Positions 27,701 through 41,496 of a stretch of DNA of 64,000 bases are shown here, one piece after another. The stretch comes from Octopus bimaculoides (taxonomy: Eukaryota). The notes under the pieces are model-generated. The model had not been told where the DNA came from and did no database searches. It saw nothing but the letters and a program-made list of their open reading frames with translations. The DNA is taken from positions 59,733,699 to 59,797,698 of the forward strand of contig NC_068984.1 in the NCBI RefSeq assembly GCF_001194135.2. The letters are read 5' to 3'. Each line of letters starts with the position of its first letter. The first letter of the stretch is position 1. The translations under genes were made by a program, and so were the position numbers.

Positions 27701-30129
27701 TCAGTGCAGAAAACAGTTAAATTAGTATCCATGAATGTTACAATTTATTTTTCATTGGAGTTGGTACATTTTTATTGGATCCAATTCTGACTCCAGTAAA
27801 CAATAATAAACATCTCACCAAATAAGGCTGGATATGCCTGTTATAAATCAGATAGATGGTTTGAGTTTTATCAGTAGTACTGTTGTTCTTTTCTAGTCTC
27901 CTCTAGCTGTTTGTGTCTTAATACTATTTACATCAAAATCTTCCTAGTTAACTCATAGTCCAATGATATTGATTTACGTTATTGCTGTCTCTGCCTATTT
28001 TTTCAAAGTACGTAATAATTAGATAGGTTTGCAATATATCCTATGGTAGCTGTCTTTATCTTTGATTGCACTTGTTTATCAAACTGTTCCATGTCCATTT
28101 ATATCTGCTAAGAATATATTTGATGTTATTATTGGTGCTAAAGTTTCTGAAATTTATCATTTCTAAGATTTAAGGCCAACCTTAATACATACTTCAAAAC
28201 AGAGTACAAACCAATAATACATTAGCTTTCAGATCCCAGTCAGTTAAAAAGATAAATCAAGAGAATGTATTTGATAACTCCTTTTTTGAAGTAAACGAGT
28301 AATTGCCAGAAGGCGAAGAAATTTTTAAAGATTTCTGTCTTCAATGAGAGAAATAAGTAAAATTGCTGTTATTATATAACAAAAGGAAATGAAAATAATG
28401 AAATTTAAATTCTGAATCAATGACAATCAATTGAATTCTAAGACATCAAACACAACATAGTTGTGCTAATCTTCAGCAATGAATGAGAACATTCTGAAAG
28501 AAATTCAAACCTCCCACTTAAAGATAGGCTGTTGGCAAAGAATAAGTGAAAAATTGCTATTGATTTTGTACTGCTGATTGGAAGATTTTAAGAACTGAGT
28601 GCCATTACAAAAAAAAGGAAAACAAAATAAAACATTTCTTGTGATCTTCACAGTGAGAGTTATGCCTCATTAACTGAATAAAACAGTGAAAATACCAAGG
28701 ACATTACAAAGGTGAAATAGACAATAATATATTTCTTCTTATATGAATTACAACTCTTAGTGTCAGCACCATCAATATTCACCAGGGTAGTTCAAGTCAA
28801 TAAGAGAGTCACTATGCCCTAGCTCTTAACCTACTACTAAATAGAATCCAATCACCTTCAAATCATGCAGTGTTTCTCATGGTGTGGGTAGGGGATCGAA
28901 AGGGGCGGATAAATTGCTATGTTTAATAAAAGACATAGTTTTAAATGTTTTAAACTTGTCCTACATAATTGCAAAATAGAAGAATTAACTAGATGCAAAC
29001 TATTTTGTTTTCATGTAAATAAAAGGTATTAATAAAGAGGGGAGGTGCAAAAAATGTCCTTAATTTATTTATTTATTTTTACAGTAGGATGCTGATTGAT
29101 GTCAGAGAATAACTGCACTTATGTCTTAAAACAGGAAGGATGCAAATGGACAATTTAGTCCTAGCTATATAGAAATAAGATGGCTATGGTTGGAATGCTT
29201 TTGATCACAGGTCTGCTCTGTTTAACTGAGACTAACCTAGGGCTAAATAGCAACTACTGTAGTTATATCACAAAAAAGAAAAGCAAACCCTAATAATGAC
29301 TCAAACCACAACAAGATTAGTTTCTTAAGCAGGTATAAAGACTTAAGATTATTGGAATAGGAAATAAGATGCTCTAATTTTCATAATTTTCTTAAGGGTA
29401 TTAAATTAGATTCAAATGAGATTAAACCAAGTCATAAGTCGTTTTACAGAGTGTTTATTCTGAAGTTCCCCACTCAAATGACTATAACATCAATCCCATT
29501 TTTTCTGTTTCTGGCTGTAACAGTTGGTGTTTAACCCCAGGTTAACTCTGACTGAGTTGGCCATGATTAAAGGCATTCTAGCTTTTAACTACCCTAGCCT
29601 TTATTCAGACAGTGTGTTTGGTACCCCATTATCTAAAGTATCCTTCCTTCTTTGAAGAAGATATAGTGTGATTTGAAAGATTTTTGCGCTATTTCTCTGA
29701 GGTTGAGTGAGCACATGAAGGCTACCTTGTTAGCTCCATCATCATCACTTTCATGCTCATTTTTCCATACTTGCATGAGTCAGATGGGATTTGGGACCTA
29801 TTGCCAGATGCTCTTCCTGTCACCAACCCTCACCTGTTTCCAAGCAAGCTAAATATTTCCCCATGGTTGGACACAGAACATTGGCAATGAAACTTATATG
29901 ACAATAATGCTTGTTTACAAACTATTGAATGATGTGAAGACAAGATAAAAACACATACATGCATACATCACAACATACACACATACATATATGATGGGTT
30001 TCTTTTAGTTTCTGTCCACCAAATCCACTCAAAGCTTTGGTCAAGGTACCACACAATGGGATTAGAACTGAATGCAGATGATCAGAAAGCAATCTTTTTA
30101 ACCACACAACCATATCTACCATTTATCCA

Positions 30130-30490
30130 TCCATCTTCTCTACCCACTATTTCTGGGAGGGTCATGGAGGTAGAGTCCTCAGGTACCTCCTCCATAGGAT
30201 TCAATCAGAAAGACCTGTCTTTACACTTTACGGCTGGATTTGCAAGCATGACCAACTGAGATTATGGATATTAATCAAACCATCTCATTCTTGGTTTACC
30301 TCTAGGTCACCTACTAGTTGGCTTGGCTTGAAGAATCCATCTTGTGATTCTTTCCTGTGGTATTCTAATCACGTCCATAGCACTGGAGCTGTAACTTCGC
30401 AATGTGAAGAAGGAGTGGCTTGATGTGGAAAGACATCCTGCTTTCTGAGCTACATACCCTGTTGAGTAATATTACTCTGGAAATCCTTCG
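30130..30490 (-). mobile_element. RTE-type LINE C-terminal fragment
   Basis: Minus strand: LQLQCYG, RIPQERITRWILQAKPTSR*PRGKPRMRWFD (RTE LRWYGH...RGRP..RW motif). Confidence 0.7.
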
Positions 30491-32171
30491 ATAGAACTCA
30501 TATCTATTAGTATCTTATTTTTTATGTTTTTAGTCTAAATACAAGGTCAAATCTTGAAACCTATGGGCTTAACCAACTACAGTGACAACAGGATATTACT
30601 GATACATATTTTATTAACTGCAGACCAAACAAGTAAAACATTAAGTTGCATGAACTCCTGTCTTTCTTACCATCACTATCTTTCATATTATAGAGGTATC
30701 AGCTGCATAAATACATAATTTTTGTAATTACTAATAATCATAATGAAATACTTAACCAGTAGTTTTATATAAAACTTTTGAAAAAATAACAAAAAAACAA
30801 ACAAACAAATGACAACTATTTTGTCTGTTACAAATTATGATAGATTAATTGCTGTCAATAGTCTTAAGTATTAATTATTAGCATAACTATGTTAATTATC
30901 ATATCAATGACAAGCTTTACTTAGTCACCAATAGTGAGAAATCTACATTCAATTATTTTTATATTAGATGAATTTGTTTGTTAATTGCAATTGCTTATTG
31001 CAACATAATTAATACTTTCACTTCAAAATGACTTTAGAAAATTGTTTCAATAGAAATGATAAAAAGTGTCAATCATAGAATGATTACACTTGTTACTTGC
31101 TCCCTTTCCAAGTAGTTCACAGTGCACAGCTGCCACAACCCCACCTGAATGAACATGTCACCCATCTAGTCATTGATTGCAACCAACAAATCTCATTAGC
31201 CCAACAATCCACCAAGAGAGCATCCATATCAATGAATCTGTTAGAATTAGCAAAATCTCCCTCTCAATCATATCCTACTATCTTAAAAAAAAAAATGGAA
31301 GGACACACTGGATAATATAGCTTAGATGCATACTGCCTGAAAAAATACAAAAAAAAATATATGGAAAGCTTCCTTATGGCTGAATTAGAGCTAAACAACA
31401 GATTCTATAGAAACTATGGTATGCGAGGGTGTATGTAGGTGAGATTTCATATATCATTCTCATTTTACTTGCTTTTCTATGCTGGCTTGGGTTGGACTGG
31501 TTTGAATCAGTTCTTGACTATCCTTTCAGTCATTTCACAGAGAATACTCGATGCATTTTATTATGGCACCAGCACCAGAGAGGTTAACCTGTCATCAGCA
31601 AGACTAAATAGTCTTCTCTATCCTATACTATCTCCATTTGTTCAGTAACCACTTTATTGATTGCACTGAGTGTATTTTATTGTGGTAGCAGCACTACAGA
31701 AGTTGCTTAGACCCCAGTAACATTAAATTCTCTCTACTATACATTCTAGCCTTCTTTTTTATCATAGAGAGAGAGAGAGGCGTTCCCTGCATAGTATCTG
31801 TTTGCTTATTTTCCACACAACAGGTCAGAAGAGAACCAAAGAAAGACAGTGATAGAAAAAAGAATAACAGAAGAGAACTAGATAGGAGCAAGAGGGTGAT
31901 AAAAGGAAGAGCAATGGAAGAGAGTGATTGATAGCTACATGATGACTGTTGATGAAGGAAAAGGAAAGAGAATAATATAAAACAGTGATAGTAGCATGAT
32001 GAGGAAGAGAGAGTAATTGGAAGGAGATAGTGTGATGGAAGATAGAGTAGTGGAAGTGAGAAAGAGAGATGAGAGAGGGGGGGGCAATGAGTGTCATTAA
32101 TAATGACTGGTAATATAAGGAATAATGTGAGATGGCAGTAAGGATGAATGATGGCATGTGTGAGAAATACA

Positions 32172-32213
<42 letters not shown>

Positions 32214-35204
32214 ATAGGAGAGAGTACAATGACATCTTTTGATAAAGTAACATAACATAAATACAGAAACCCCTCAATTTGTTTGAAGAAGTGGTTGGTT
32301 AACTTCAATCTATGATTAAAAACAAAAAGACTAATAGTAAAAGTGTTAAGGAAATTAAATATCTCTTTTAGAGATGCATATTTTCTCATGGCCTTAACTT
32401 ATAATTTTTATTTCATGAAATGAAATTTATTAATATAGCAAAAACTAAAAGAAATGAAAACTATATTAAAAAACACATGTCAAAAGCAATATTTCTCTCA
32501 CATGAAAGAAACTACAAAAAAAAAAAAAAAAATCAATGCTGTTTTTACAGCAGGGAAAACCAAATATTAAATTGTAATTATTTGAAATGAATGGATTAAA
32601 GTCATGCATTTCTTTATCACTTCAAAAATCATACAAACCATGCTAAATTAGATTCTTAAATCAGCCAAGATTAGGTCTTAAATCACTGAATTAATTTATA
32701 ATCATGTTTTCTAAATCTGTTTCCTAAAAATACTCAACAAAATTGTAAAAAAGTTTCTATGAAATTAAGAAAAATTTCCTTAATCAATTTATTTGATATT
32801 ATTCAAGAAGACTACTGAAAGTCTATAACAACAAGCATCAGATTAATAAGAAGCAAAGAATGAAGTATGTTCATATAGCATAAGAAGAAAAAAAAATTCA
32901 AGTGCATATCTAGAACCATTTATCTGATAATGAAGGATTCTGTCTAAAACATTAAATGTTTATTCTCCTTATGGCATGGTCACATACCTCAAGTTTCATT
33001 TTTTTTTACTGAATTGCTTGGCTCATTAGTCAGTTCATATTGTAGACACCTCTCACTTGCAATACTTTCTTCATTATTCCAAAATTACAAAAAAAAAAAA
33101 AAAAAAATGGCATTCTTGGTTAAAGATCTAATGGAAATTAATGTTATTGCTACAATGTAGCACAAAACAACCCAAAGACCCAGTTTTCAGTGATATGCTA
33201 GTGCCAATAATAATTTCTTACATAGGCAGGGCCAGCAATTTTGGGGTAAGGAAACAATCAATTATATCAACTGTTGTACTTGACTGGTATTTTATTTTAT
33301 CAACTTCAGAGGAATGAAGACAAGTGATTAAACTGAAACAGATTATTGCTACTTATTTAATCAACTCTCAGCTCATGTTCGTATTCAAATTCTAGAATTA
33401 CCAACAACTGCCTTCAGTTGAAAATTACATTACAAAATTTAATCAATATTCAGACAAAATTGTCTACAATAATAGCATACCAATAATGATATTCAACTAA
33501 AAATGAAGCATCTGTGTTGTTTTGTCCCAGGTCATTCTACTGCTTTTAGTTTTTTTTCCTGTTTTTCAGCTATTATTTTCGGAAAGACTTTTTTGTCCCC
33601 CCGCCCTCCAATTTCTACATTTTTCACTTTTTTCCATAACTCTAACCCTAAAATCCCAACCCTAACACTTCAACCCCCAACTCCTAAAACCTTAACCCTA
33701 ACCTTTAACTCCAAGACCCTAACCCCCTAAAGCTAAAACGCATGAACGATGTTATAAATAACAGTGACAAATGAAATATACACCACCGATAGTTGTTGTT
33801 GTTAACAAACAACGGCAGTAATTTTATTCAGCTGAATACATGTCATTGATTGGTTGAAATTACCGAAATACAACTACTTTAATACGAAATAACTTTGAAA
33901 ATATAAACTTTTTCTTTTAATATAGTGGGAGTAGGGTGTAGTATAGAATGAATGGGTTCAAAGAAGTAGTAAAAGGGTTAGAATAAGCAGAGATGGATGA
34001 ATGTGACTAAACAATGGGCCAGGTATTGCAAAGTTTTATCTTTATTTATCATAGATGAAGTGAACAAGAGGGGCAACTTATTGAAAACCAAACACAAAAC
34101 CACATATAAAGTGAGAAAAATATGAAGAAAGAGAGAGAAATTTATCAAAATAATAATTACTACTATGACACCTACTATGGAAGGGAACAGACTGGGAAGA
34201 ACAATGAGAGGATATCCTCTCTGCTAGTGGAGCAAAAATAAACACACCCTAATCCACTTTCTTTCAAATTGTGTAATAAGAGAAGTATAATTATAGAATG
34301 GTTGTGTTAAAATACCAAATTATATATGAATACAAATGCACACACAAACCTATCTATGTCCGCATGTGTGTGTGTGTGTGTGTGATTATTCAGATGTGTT
34401 CTTGGATATACTGTCCTACAATTTAAAACTAAAAACATGCGATTAAATGCTCAAGTGTCTCAGATGAATTATTGATAATCCAATTATAATTTATGTGAGT
34501 AGGTATATGTATGAATGTATGCACATACATATTTCCATGCGTCTGTGTGTGTGTGTGCATGCACATGGGTAACCACATATATTAGCAAACACATACTTGA
34601 GTTTAGAGTAACCAGTACATAGTTTCATTTTGACATTAAATAAAAGCCGTTCTCATTTATTCAAAGCTTGCATATGTATGCCTATAAATAAATTGATATT
34701 AGGAAAACCTTAATGCTGCAATCATGAAAAATGATGATAATGATGATGAAGAGGAGGAGAAGGAAGACTTGCAACAACAGTTTGAAGACATATGAAGTAT
34801 AAACAGGAGAAGCATTTCAATCCATTGATAATTACCTTCATTAAAAGTTGATTAAAATTCTATTAGGAAAACAGATTATCCAAGATGATAGCTATTTCCC
34901 TTTACATGACACAATAGAGCAAGATTACAACTGCTCTAAAGCTGTTCCAAATATGATAAATATATAAGATAAAATGTCTGCAAAAATATGTGTTTGGAGA
35001 CATATCTTTGCAGATAACCTTGAGAAAGCTATACATGAAAACAAAAAATGATGAGTCATGTGAATTCTTCAGTTTCTAGGCATGTCAGCACAGAAAAGGT
35101 AGCAATAGTATTGTAGGCTTCAAGATAGATGCAGAGGACTTTTTAACCTTTGAATAACAGCTGTCAGTCATGAGATAGGTGACATATATTAGAAATATTC
35201 TATA

Positions 35205-35295
35205 CTAGCAGAAATACCCGGCGTTGCCCGGGTTAAAGAGAATAATGAAATCTAAAAACGCAGTCTAGACTACGCATCATCTTTATATATAGAGA
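35205..35295 (-). mobile_element. Mini-Helitron-like element (91 bp)
   Basis: Minus strand A|TCTCTATATATAAA ... hairpin ACCCGG-GCAACG-CCGGGT, 7 nt spacer, CTAG|T. These are the canonical Helitron 5'-TC, 3'-hairpin/CTRR and A|T target features. Confidence 0.7.
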
Positions 35296-35485
35296 TGTAT
35301 ATACACACACGCACCCAAACACACGTATATATATGTATATCAATATAAATATATGAAAGTCAATGAAGTTTCGTAAAAGAAGGTGATCATGTACATACTT
35401 TCTTGCTGTTGTGATTATAACACCTCGTTGTAAACTATGTTCCTTGTTTTCCCTTGTGGAGCATATACAAATAGTTTTTTTGTTG

Positions 35486-36400
35486 NNNNNNNNNNNNNNN
35501 NNNNNNNNNNNNNNNNNNNNNNNNNNNNNNNNNNNNNNNNNNNNNNNNNNNNNNNNNNNNNNNNNNNNNNNNNNNNNNNNNNNNNNNNNNNNNNNNNNNN
35601 NNNNNNNNNNNNNNNNNNNNNNNNNNNNNNNNNNNNNNNNNNNNNNNNNNNNNNNNNNNNNNNNNNNNNNNNNNNNNNNNNNNNNNNNNNNNNNNNNNNN
35701 NNNNNNNNNNNNNNNNNNNNNNNNNNNNNNNNNNNNNNNNNNNNNNNNNNNNNNNNNNNNNNNNNNNNNNNNNNNNNNNNNNNNNNNNNNNNNNNNNNNN
35801 NNNNNNNNNNNNNNNNNNNNNNNNNNNNNNNNNNNNNNNNNNNNNNNNNNNNNNNNNNNNNNNNNNNNNNNNNNNNNNNNNNNNNNNNNNNNNNNNNNNN
35901 NNNNNNNNNNNNNNNNNNNNNNNNNNNNNNNNNNNNNNNNNNNNNNNNNNNNNNNNNNNNNNNNNNNNNNNNNNNNNNNNNNNNNNNNNNNNNNNNNNNN
36001 NNNNNNNNNNNNNNNNNNNNNNNNNNNNNNNNNNNNNNNNNNNNNNNNNNNNNNNNNNNNNNNNNNNNNNNNNNNNNNNNNNNNNNNNNNNNNNNNNNNN
36101 NNNNNNNNNNNNNNNNNNNNNNNNNNNNNNNNNNNNNNNNNNNNNNNNNNNNNNNNNNNNNNNNNNNNNNNNNNNNNNNNNNNNNNNNNNNNNNNNNNNN
36201 NNNNNNNNNNNNNNNNNNNNNNNNNNNNNNNNNNNNNNNNNNNNNNNNNNNNNNNNNNNNNNNNNNNNNNNNNNNNNNNNNNNNNNNNNNNNNNNNNNNN
36301 NNNNNNNNNNNNNNNNNNNNNNNNNNNNNNNNNNNNNNNNNNNNNNNNNNNNNNNNNNNNNNNNNNNNNNNNNNNNNNNNNNNNNNNNNNNNNNNNNNNN
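35486..36400. other. Assembly gap (915 N)
   Basis: Run of N; ORFs spanning it are artefacts. Confidence 0.99.
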
Positions 36401-36479
36401 ATGTATATGTATACATATACATCTCTCTCTCTCTTTCTCTCTCTGTGAAAGTATCTGTCACTACAGTATCGAAATGTGA

Positions 36480-36717
36480 TTGTTTCAGTTAGTGGAATAG
36501 TTTCATTTTTAAAGTGAAAGTATTTGACATGAGTGTTTTTGTTTCACTTTTGACACGTAATACTTAAATAGTGGAGGAGATATTATGTTGCCGTGTGCTC
36601 GAACACTGCAAGAAGTTAATAATTTTTTTTGACTAAAACACAACTGGAACCCTAAGTAAGGCATGTGTAAAATTTGAATGAAATTGGTTGCGTAGTTCTC
36701 GAGTTTTAGGGATTCAC

Positions 36718-36756
<39 letters not shown>

Positions 36757-36782
36757 CACATTCTCATTTTTATATATATAGA
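36480..36782 (-). mobile_element. 5' end of a non-autonomous Helitron with internal (CTGT)n
   Basis: Minus strand begins A|TCTATATATATAAAAATGAGAATGTGTGTCTGTCTGTCTG. A TC start followed by an AT-rich segment and a (CTGT)n microsatellite is typical of invertebrate non-autonomous Helitrons. Confidence 0.65.
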
Positions 36783-36918
36783 TTTTTTATGTATGGTTCT
36801 TAACAACACAGTCATATACTTTCGAGATTTTAATAATAATTATAATAATGTCAAAATGCAGAAGAGGAAGATTTCATAACAAAAAAGTTAACTTTATGGC
36901 AAGTGAACAAAAAATTCA

Positions 36919-37336
36919 GTGTGGCTGTGTGGTAAGAAGCTTGCTTCCCAACAACATGATTCTGAGTTCAGTTCCACTGCATGGCACTTTGGGCAAGTGT
37001 CTTCTCCTATAGCCTTGGGCCAACCAAAGCCTTCTGAGTGGATTTGGTAAATGGAAACTGAAAGAAGCCCATCATATATGTGTGAGTGTATGTGTGTGTG
37101 CGCGTGTGTGTGTATGCACGTCTTTGTGTCTGTGTCTGTCTCCTCACCACTGCTTGACAACCAGTGTTGGTGTGTTTCTGTCTCTGTAACTTAGTGGCTT
37201 GGTAAAAGAGACTGATAGAATAAACACCAGACTTAACAAAATTAACTACTGGGGTCAATTCATTCAACTAAAAATTCTCCAAGGCAGTGCCCCAGCATGG
37301 CCACAGTCTAATGACTGAAAAAAGTAAAAGGTAAAA
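36919..37336 (+). mobile_element. tRNA-headed SINE-like element (family A)
   Basis: gtggctgtgtggtaagaagcttgcttcccaacaacatgattctgagttcagttcc head plus full conserved body and tail. Confidence 0.82.
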
Positions 37337-39781
37337 CGTGAAAATAATTTTCCTTTATAAGCAGCAATTCAAAAGAAAAAAACAAACAAACAAATAAAAA
37401 TGCTGACTGAAATTTCACCAGACATCTTTTATTGACCAGCCAAACATGATAATTATAACATCATATGATTTCACAATTTTCTTCATTAAACTTATGAATG
37501 GTTTATGTGCTCAATATAGAGCCAAAGAATAAGACTCTATTGTTTGCCCAACCTATTAGAAATATCAGCCAAATCTCCTCTGTATCCATGCTACTGTCTC
37601 AAAGAACACATTATATAATATTGTTAGTTCTGGCACACATTGCCTGAAAATAAAAGTCATGGCTTGCATGCCTTTGATCATAGATCAGCTTGTTCAATCA
37701 ACATGCAAAACCTCAACACAGGTCTATAGCATATTTCTAATAAAATCTGTTTAATAACTAGGTTTAGTTAAGAGTCAGATATATTCATACTAATGTCTAA
37801 AATTTTCAAGTCTCACTCTGGTGGGATATCTCTCAACTATCTTTTACCACTCACAAAGATAAATTCTATCTTATGAGGAAACAATCTATCACATCTAACA
37901 GTGCAACACTTTGTATAAAGAATTGTAATGTAATACTGATAATTTATTAGTTTTAGCTGGTAAGTAAAAATGAAACTGAAATATATTTTATAGTTCTTTT
38001 TTGTGTAATTTTTCTTTGTTACTTATTCATCTAAATTAATATCAATGGAACATTTGATTTAGTTATAGCATGGTTGAGAGACTAAATAACTCAAAGACAT
38101 TATCCACACACACATACACACAAAAAACAATAGTTAATTTAGTCATATTTAGAGCAAGCAGCATTTAAAAAAAAACTATTTAGACCAATGAACACACCTG
38201 TACAAAGTTGTTCCAAAAACTGAATATATCAAATAAAAGCCATAAGTCCCAAGCTGCTCATAGAAATTCCAAATCTCAACAAAACCCAAAATTCAGCAAG
38301 ACCCATTCTATCTTTTAAAAAGCATAATCTTTTGTTAGAATCTCACTAAAAGACTAAATTACTTGCCAGTAAACAATATTTGAAAAACCAATTCAACTTG
38401 CATAGCTGCACCTAAATGAGCCAACATGGGAAGTAGCAGGGGTGTGTATGCTCTATGAAGTTGCTCAACCAACAGGAAATAACAGTTAAATCTCCTTCAA
38501 ATCCCCACCCTACCATCTTCAAAAGATAGAGATTATACTGAATAATCTAAAATAAAAGGTAGATGGTCATGGTTGGAATGCCTTTGGTCATAGGTTTGCT
38601 CAGTTAGAACTAACTTGGAGTTAAACGAAGACAATACATATTCTCACACATGGTATAAAAAGTAAAACAAAATCTTGTTATTCATTAGAGTGCCAGTTGG
38701 CAGTCAAGACATCCAACCTGTAGGCTAGCTTCAGTCAGCCAATGACAAAATACCAGTGAAACTATCACCCAACCACCAACCAATACAGAAACAGCCAACA
38801 GTCATGTGCTAGTCAACACCTTGAGTTCAACTCATGACTTACCTTGCACCCACAGTCACTCCAAGTATTTGAGTTCTTAAACTCCCAGAACATTATTACT
38901 AACCCAAACCAACAATATAAAAATGTTGGGACTCCAATCTCAAATTACCTGGATAAAGATTATGCTGCCTTTGATTTCAATCTATTTATTATTAATTTCC
39001 TTTGCAAACATCTCACATCTGAAGTCTCATGCTTGTCTGGATTCATTACAAAATTTTAAAAAAAAAAGAGAAAGATAAAAATAAATCTGAACATTAAGTT
39101 ATATAATACTTTGAACAATAGAAACACTGAAGTGAACTTAACATTCTTGGCACTGAGACAAAATCTAAGATAATCAACAAAAACTTTTAAGAAAACAGTG
39201 TAGAATGGAACAGGAAAGAAAAAATACAACTGTTCCTGACACCTCAAGTAAATAAAATACGCAAGTAAAGAACAATGGTTTAAAAATAAAAGAATTATGA
39301 CAAGCTATGGAAAGTGAATGTGAACTGTACCATTCCAAGTTCAGTCTAGGCAAGTGTCTGCTATAACCTCAAATTGACCAATGCTTTATAGATGGAATTC
39401 TGTAAATAGAAACTACACTGAAGCCCATCATGTATGTGTGTTATATTTGCAGATGTAAACCATTGTGTTGCATAGCATTCCTTCATGACAAAAAGGAAAA
39501 CATAATTTGATAATTCAATAAATAGGGATCTACAAAAATAGCTACTACATTGAAATAAATAGTGGATTCAATACAATCAACTAAATACCTTGAAAGAAGT
39601 GTTCTAGCACAGCCAGAGTCCAATGAATGAAACCAACAAAACCCATAAGAGAGTAACAAAACTTAGGAATATTAGAACAATTTATATATATATGACTAAA
39701 TTAACTATTATTTTTTGCATGTGTGTGTGGATAATGGCGTTGAGAGATTTAGGAAAAATGTATATATATATATATATATAT

Positions 39782-39881
39782 NNNNNNNNNNNNNNNNNNN
39801 NNNNNNNNNNNNNNNNNNNNNNNNNNNNNNNNNNNNNNNNNNNNNNNNNNNNNNNNNNNNNNNNNNNNNNNNNNNNNNNNN
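39782..39881. other. Assembly gap (100 N)
   Basis: Run of N flanked by TA/TACA microsatellites. Confidence 0.99.
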
Positions 39882-41278
39882 TACATACATATATATACAT
39901 ACATACATATATATACATACATACATATAATAATATATAAATATTGGGTTTCAGTGGTACAAAATCACCTTGATTGTGTCAAGAACAATGAAAACTTTTT
40001 GAAAACTTTGCATAGGCCTCTGAGCAGGTATCACTAGGCTTTTGGCAAAATTTGACACAGATTCTCTGCTCAACTTTCTCTCAGTCATGGTCGTTGCGAC
40101 AATCACACACTACACACCTTCCTTCCAAGCACTACTTTAAACAGGGGAAGTGAGCTAGAACATTAAAACTTAGTGCGCATGCACAGCAGAGATCAAGGTC
40201 AATCTATGCTAAGTGGCTTCATTCTGCGTACTTTAACTTCATTACTTATTGATCAGACCACATATATATGTAAAACTTTGTAACTTATTAAACAGCTTCT
40301 TTAGATAGAACATATAACATAAAAGTTTATTTTTATTGATTGCACTTAACACTAATGGATATAAAACAGACCTAATTAGTGTTCATGATACAGTAATTTA
40401 AACAGCAAACCAATTTTTTTTTTTTTTATCTTGACTATAATTTTGAAAGATGCTTTACCACAAATAATAAGGGTATTGTATCAAAGGATGCTTTCTACGT
40501 GGAATAAAACTAAAACTAATTTGTGCAACAAATTGACATATATGAATGACTGAAATCAAATTAAAGATGTTGCCTACCTTAGCTAAGGTAACAGTAATGT
40601 AACAAGCTAATAAATCTAATGAAGGAAAAATGTATATGTGATGAGTCAAAGGGAATTACTGAAGAAAATAAACATTTTTTCTTGACAGTCATGTCAAGAA
40701 ACTGTCTAAAAGCAATGGAATTGATTGAAAATGAAACATTAATAGTAGGCATAATTTTCTTTAATATTAATCCTATTAGTAAAATGCTGAGTTTTCTTTT
40801 TTTTTCTCTCTGTATAATAACAGTTATTTAAAAAGAGAAACTAGTCAAGTAATTCTTTGCTGGTTTCATTAAAATTACTATTGAGATACAGAAGAAAAAA
40901 GTTTCAGATGGATGATGCAATAACTATTATGAAACAAAGAAAAGAAAAAGGGAAAATATTTTAAAAAAATCTACTTAAATTATTTATTATCTCACTTTTC
41001 TGAACAATAGCCAAATTGGCTACATGTTTCCAACAGGTCAATGAGAGTTCATTGAATTTACAATTGTGATACTAACACAGGACTGTCTGTGAAAACTTGG
41101 ACACAACAAATATCAGGCAAAGTTTATCACAGTTTATAAATTTTTGTGCTATGTTGTTTTAGATATTTTGCTGATATATATCACTCAAACAATATAAATA
41201 TACATAGATAAAACAGAGCAACTGACATTATGCATTTCAAATCAAAGTTTCAAAACAAAGTTACATACATAGGTTTAA

Positions 41279-41496
41279 CCCTTCAGCATTCAGATTACAG
41301 TGTCAAATTTGATACTTATTTATTCCCATTGTTTTGAATTAATCATGCATTATCTTATAGCTTTGAGATTTCAATAGTGTGATTGTTTATTTTTACGATG
41401 ACATTGTAGTGCATGTGTGAGAGGGTGCATCTGGATGGATTGAACATAAAACAGGTAGAATATTTAGGCCAGATAGTTGGTTTAAATGCTGATGGT
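41279..41496. mobile_element. piggyBac-type MITE (family E), 218 bp
   Basis: TTAA on both sides (41275-41278, 41497-41500); ends CCCTTCAGCATT / AATGCTGATGGT are imperfect TIRs. Related copies near 18050-18270 and 27145-27350. Confidence 0.65.

Noticed and set aside
35411-36492. Long ORFs of 345-351 aa (and those at 58320-59429 and 39623-39940)
   Set aside because: They are open only because they run through N gaps and microsatellites.
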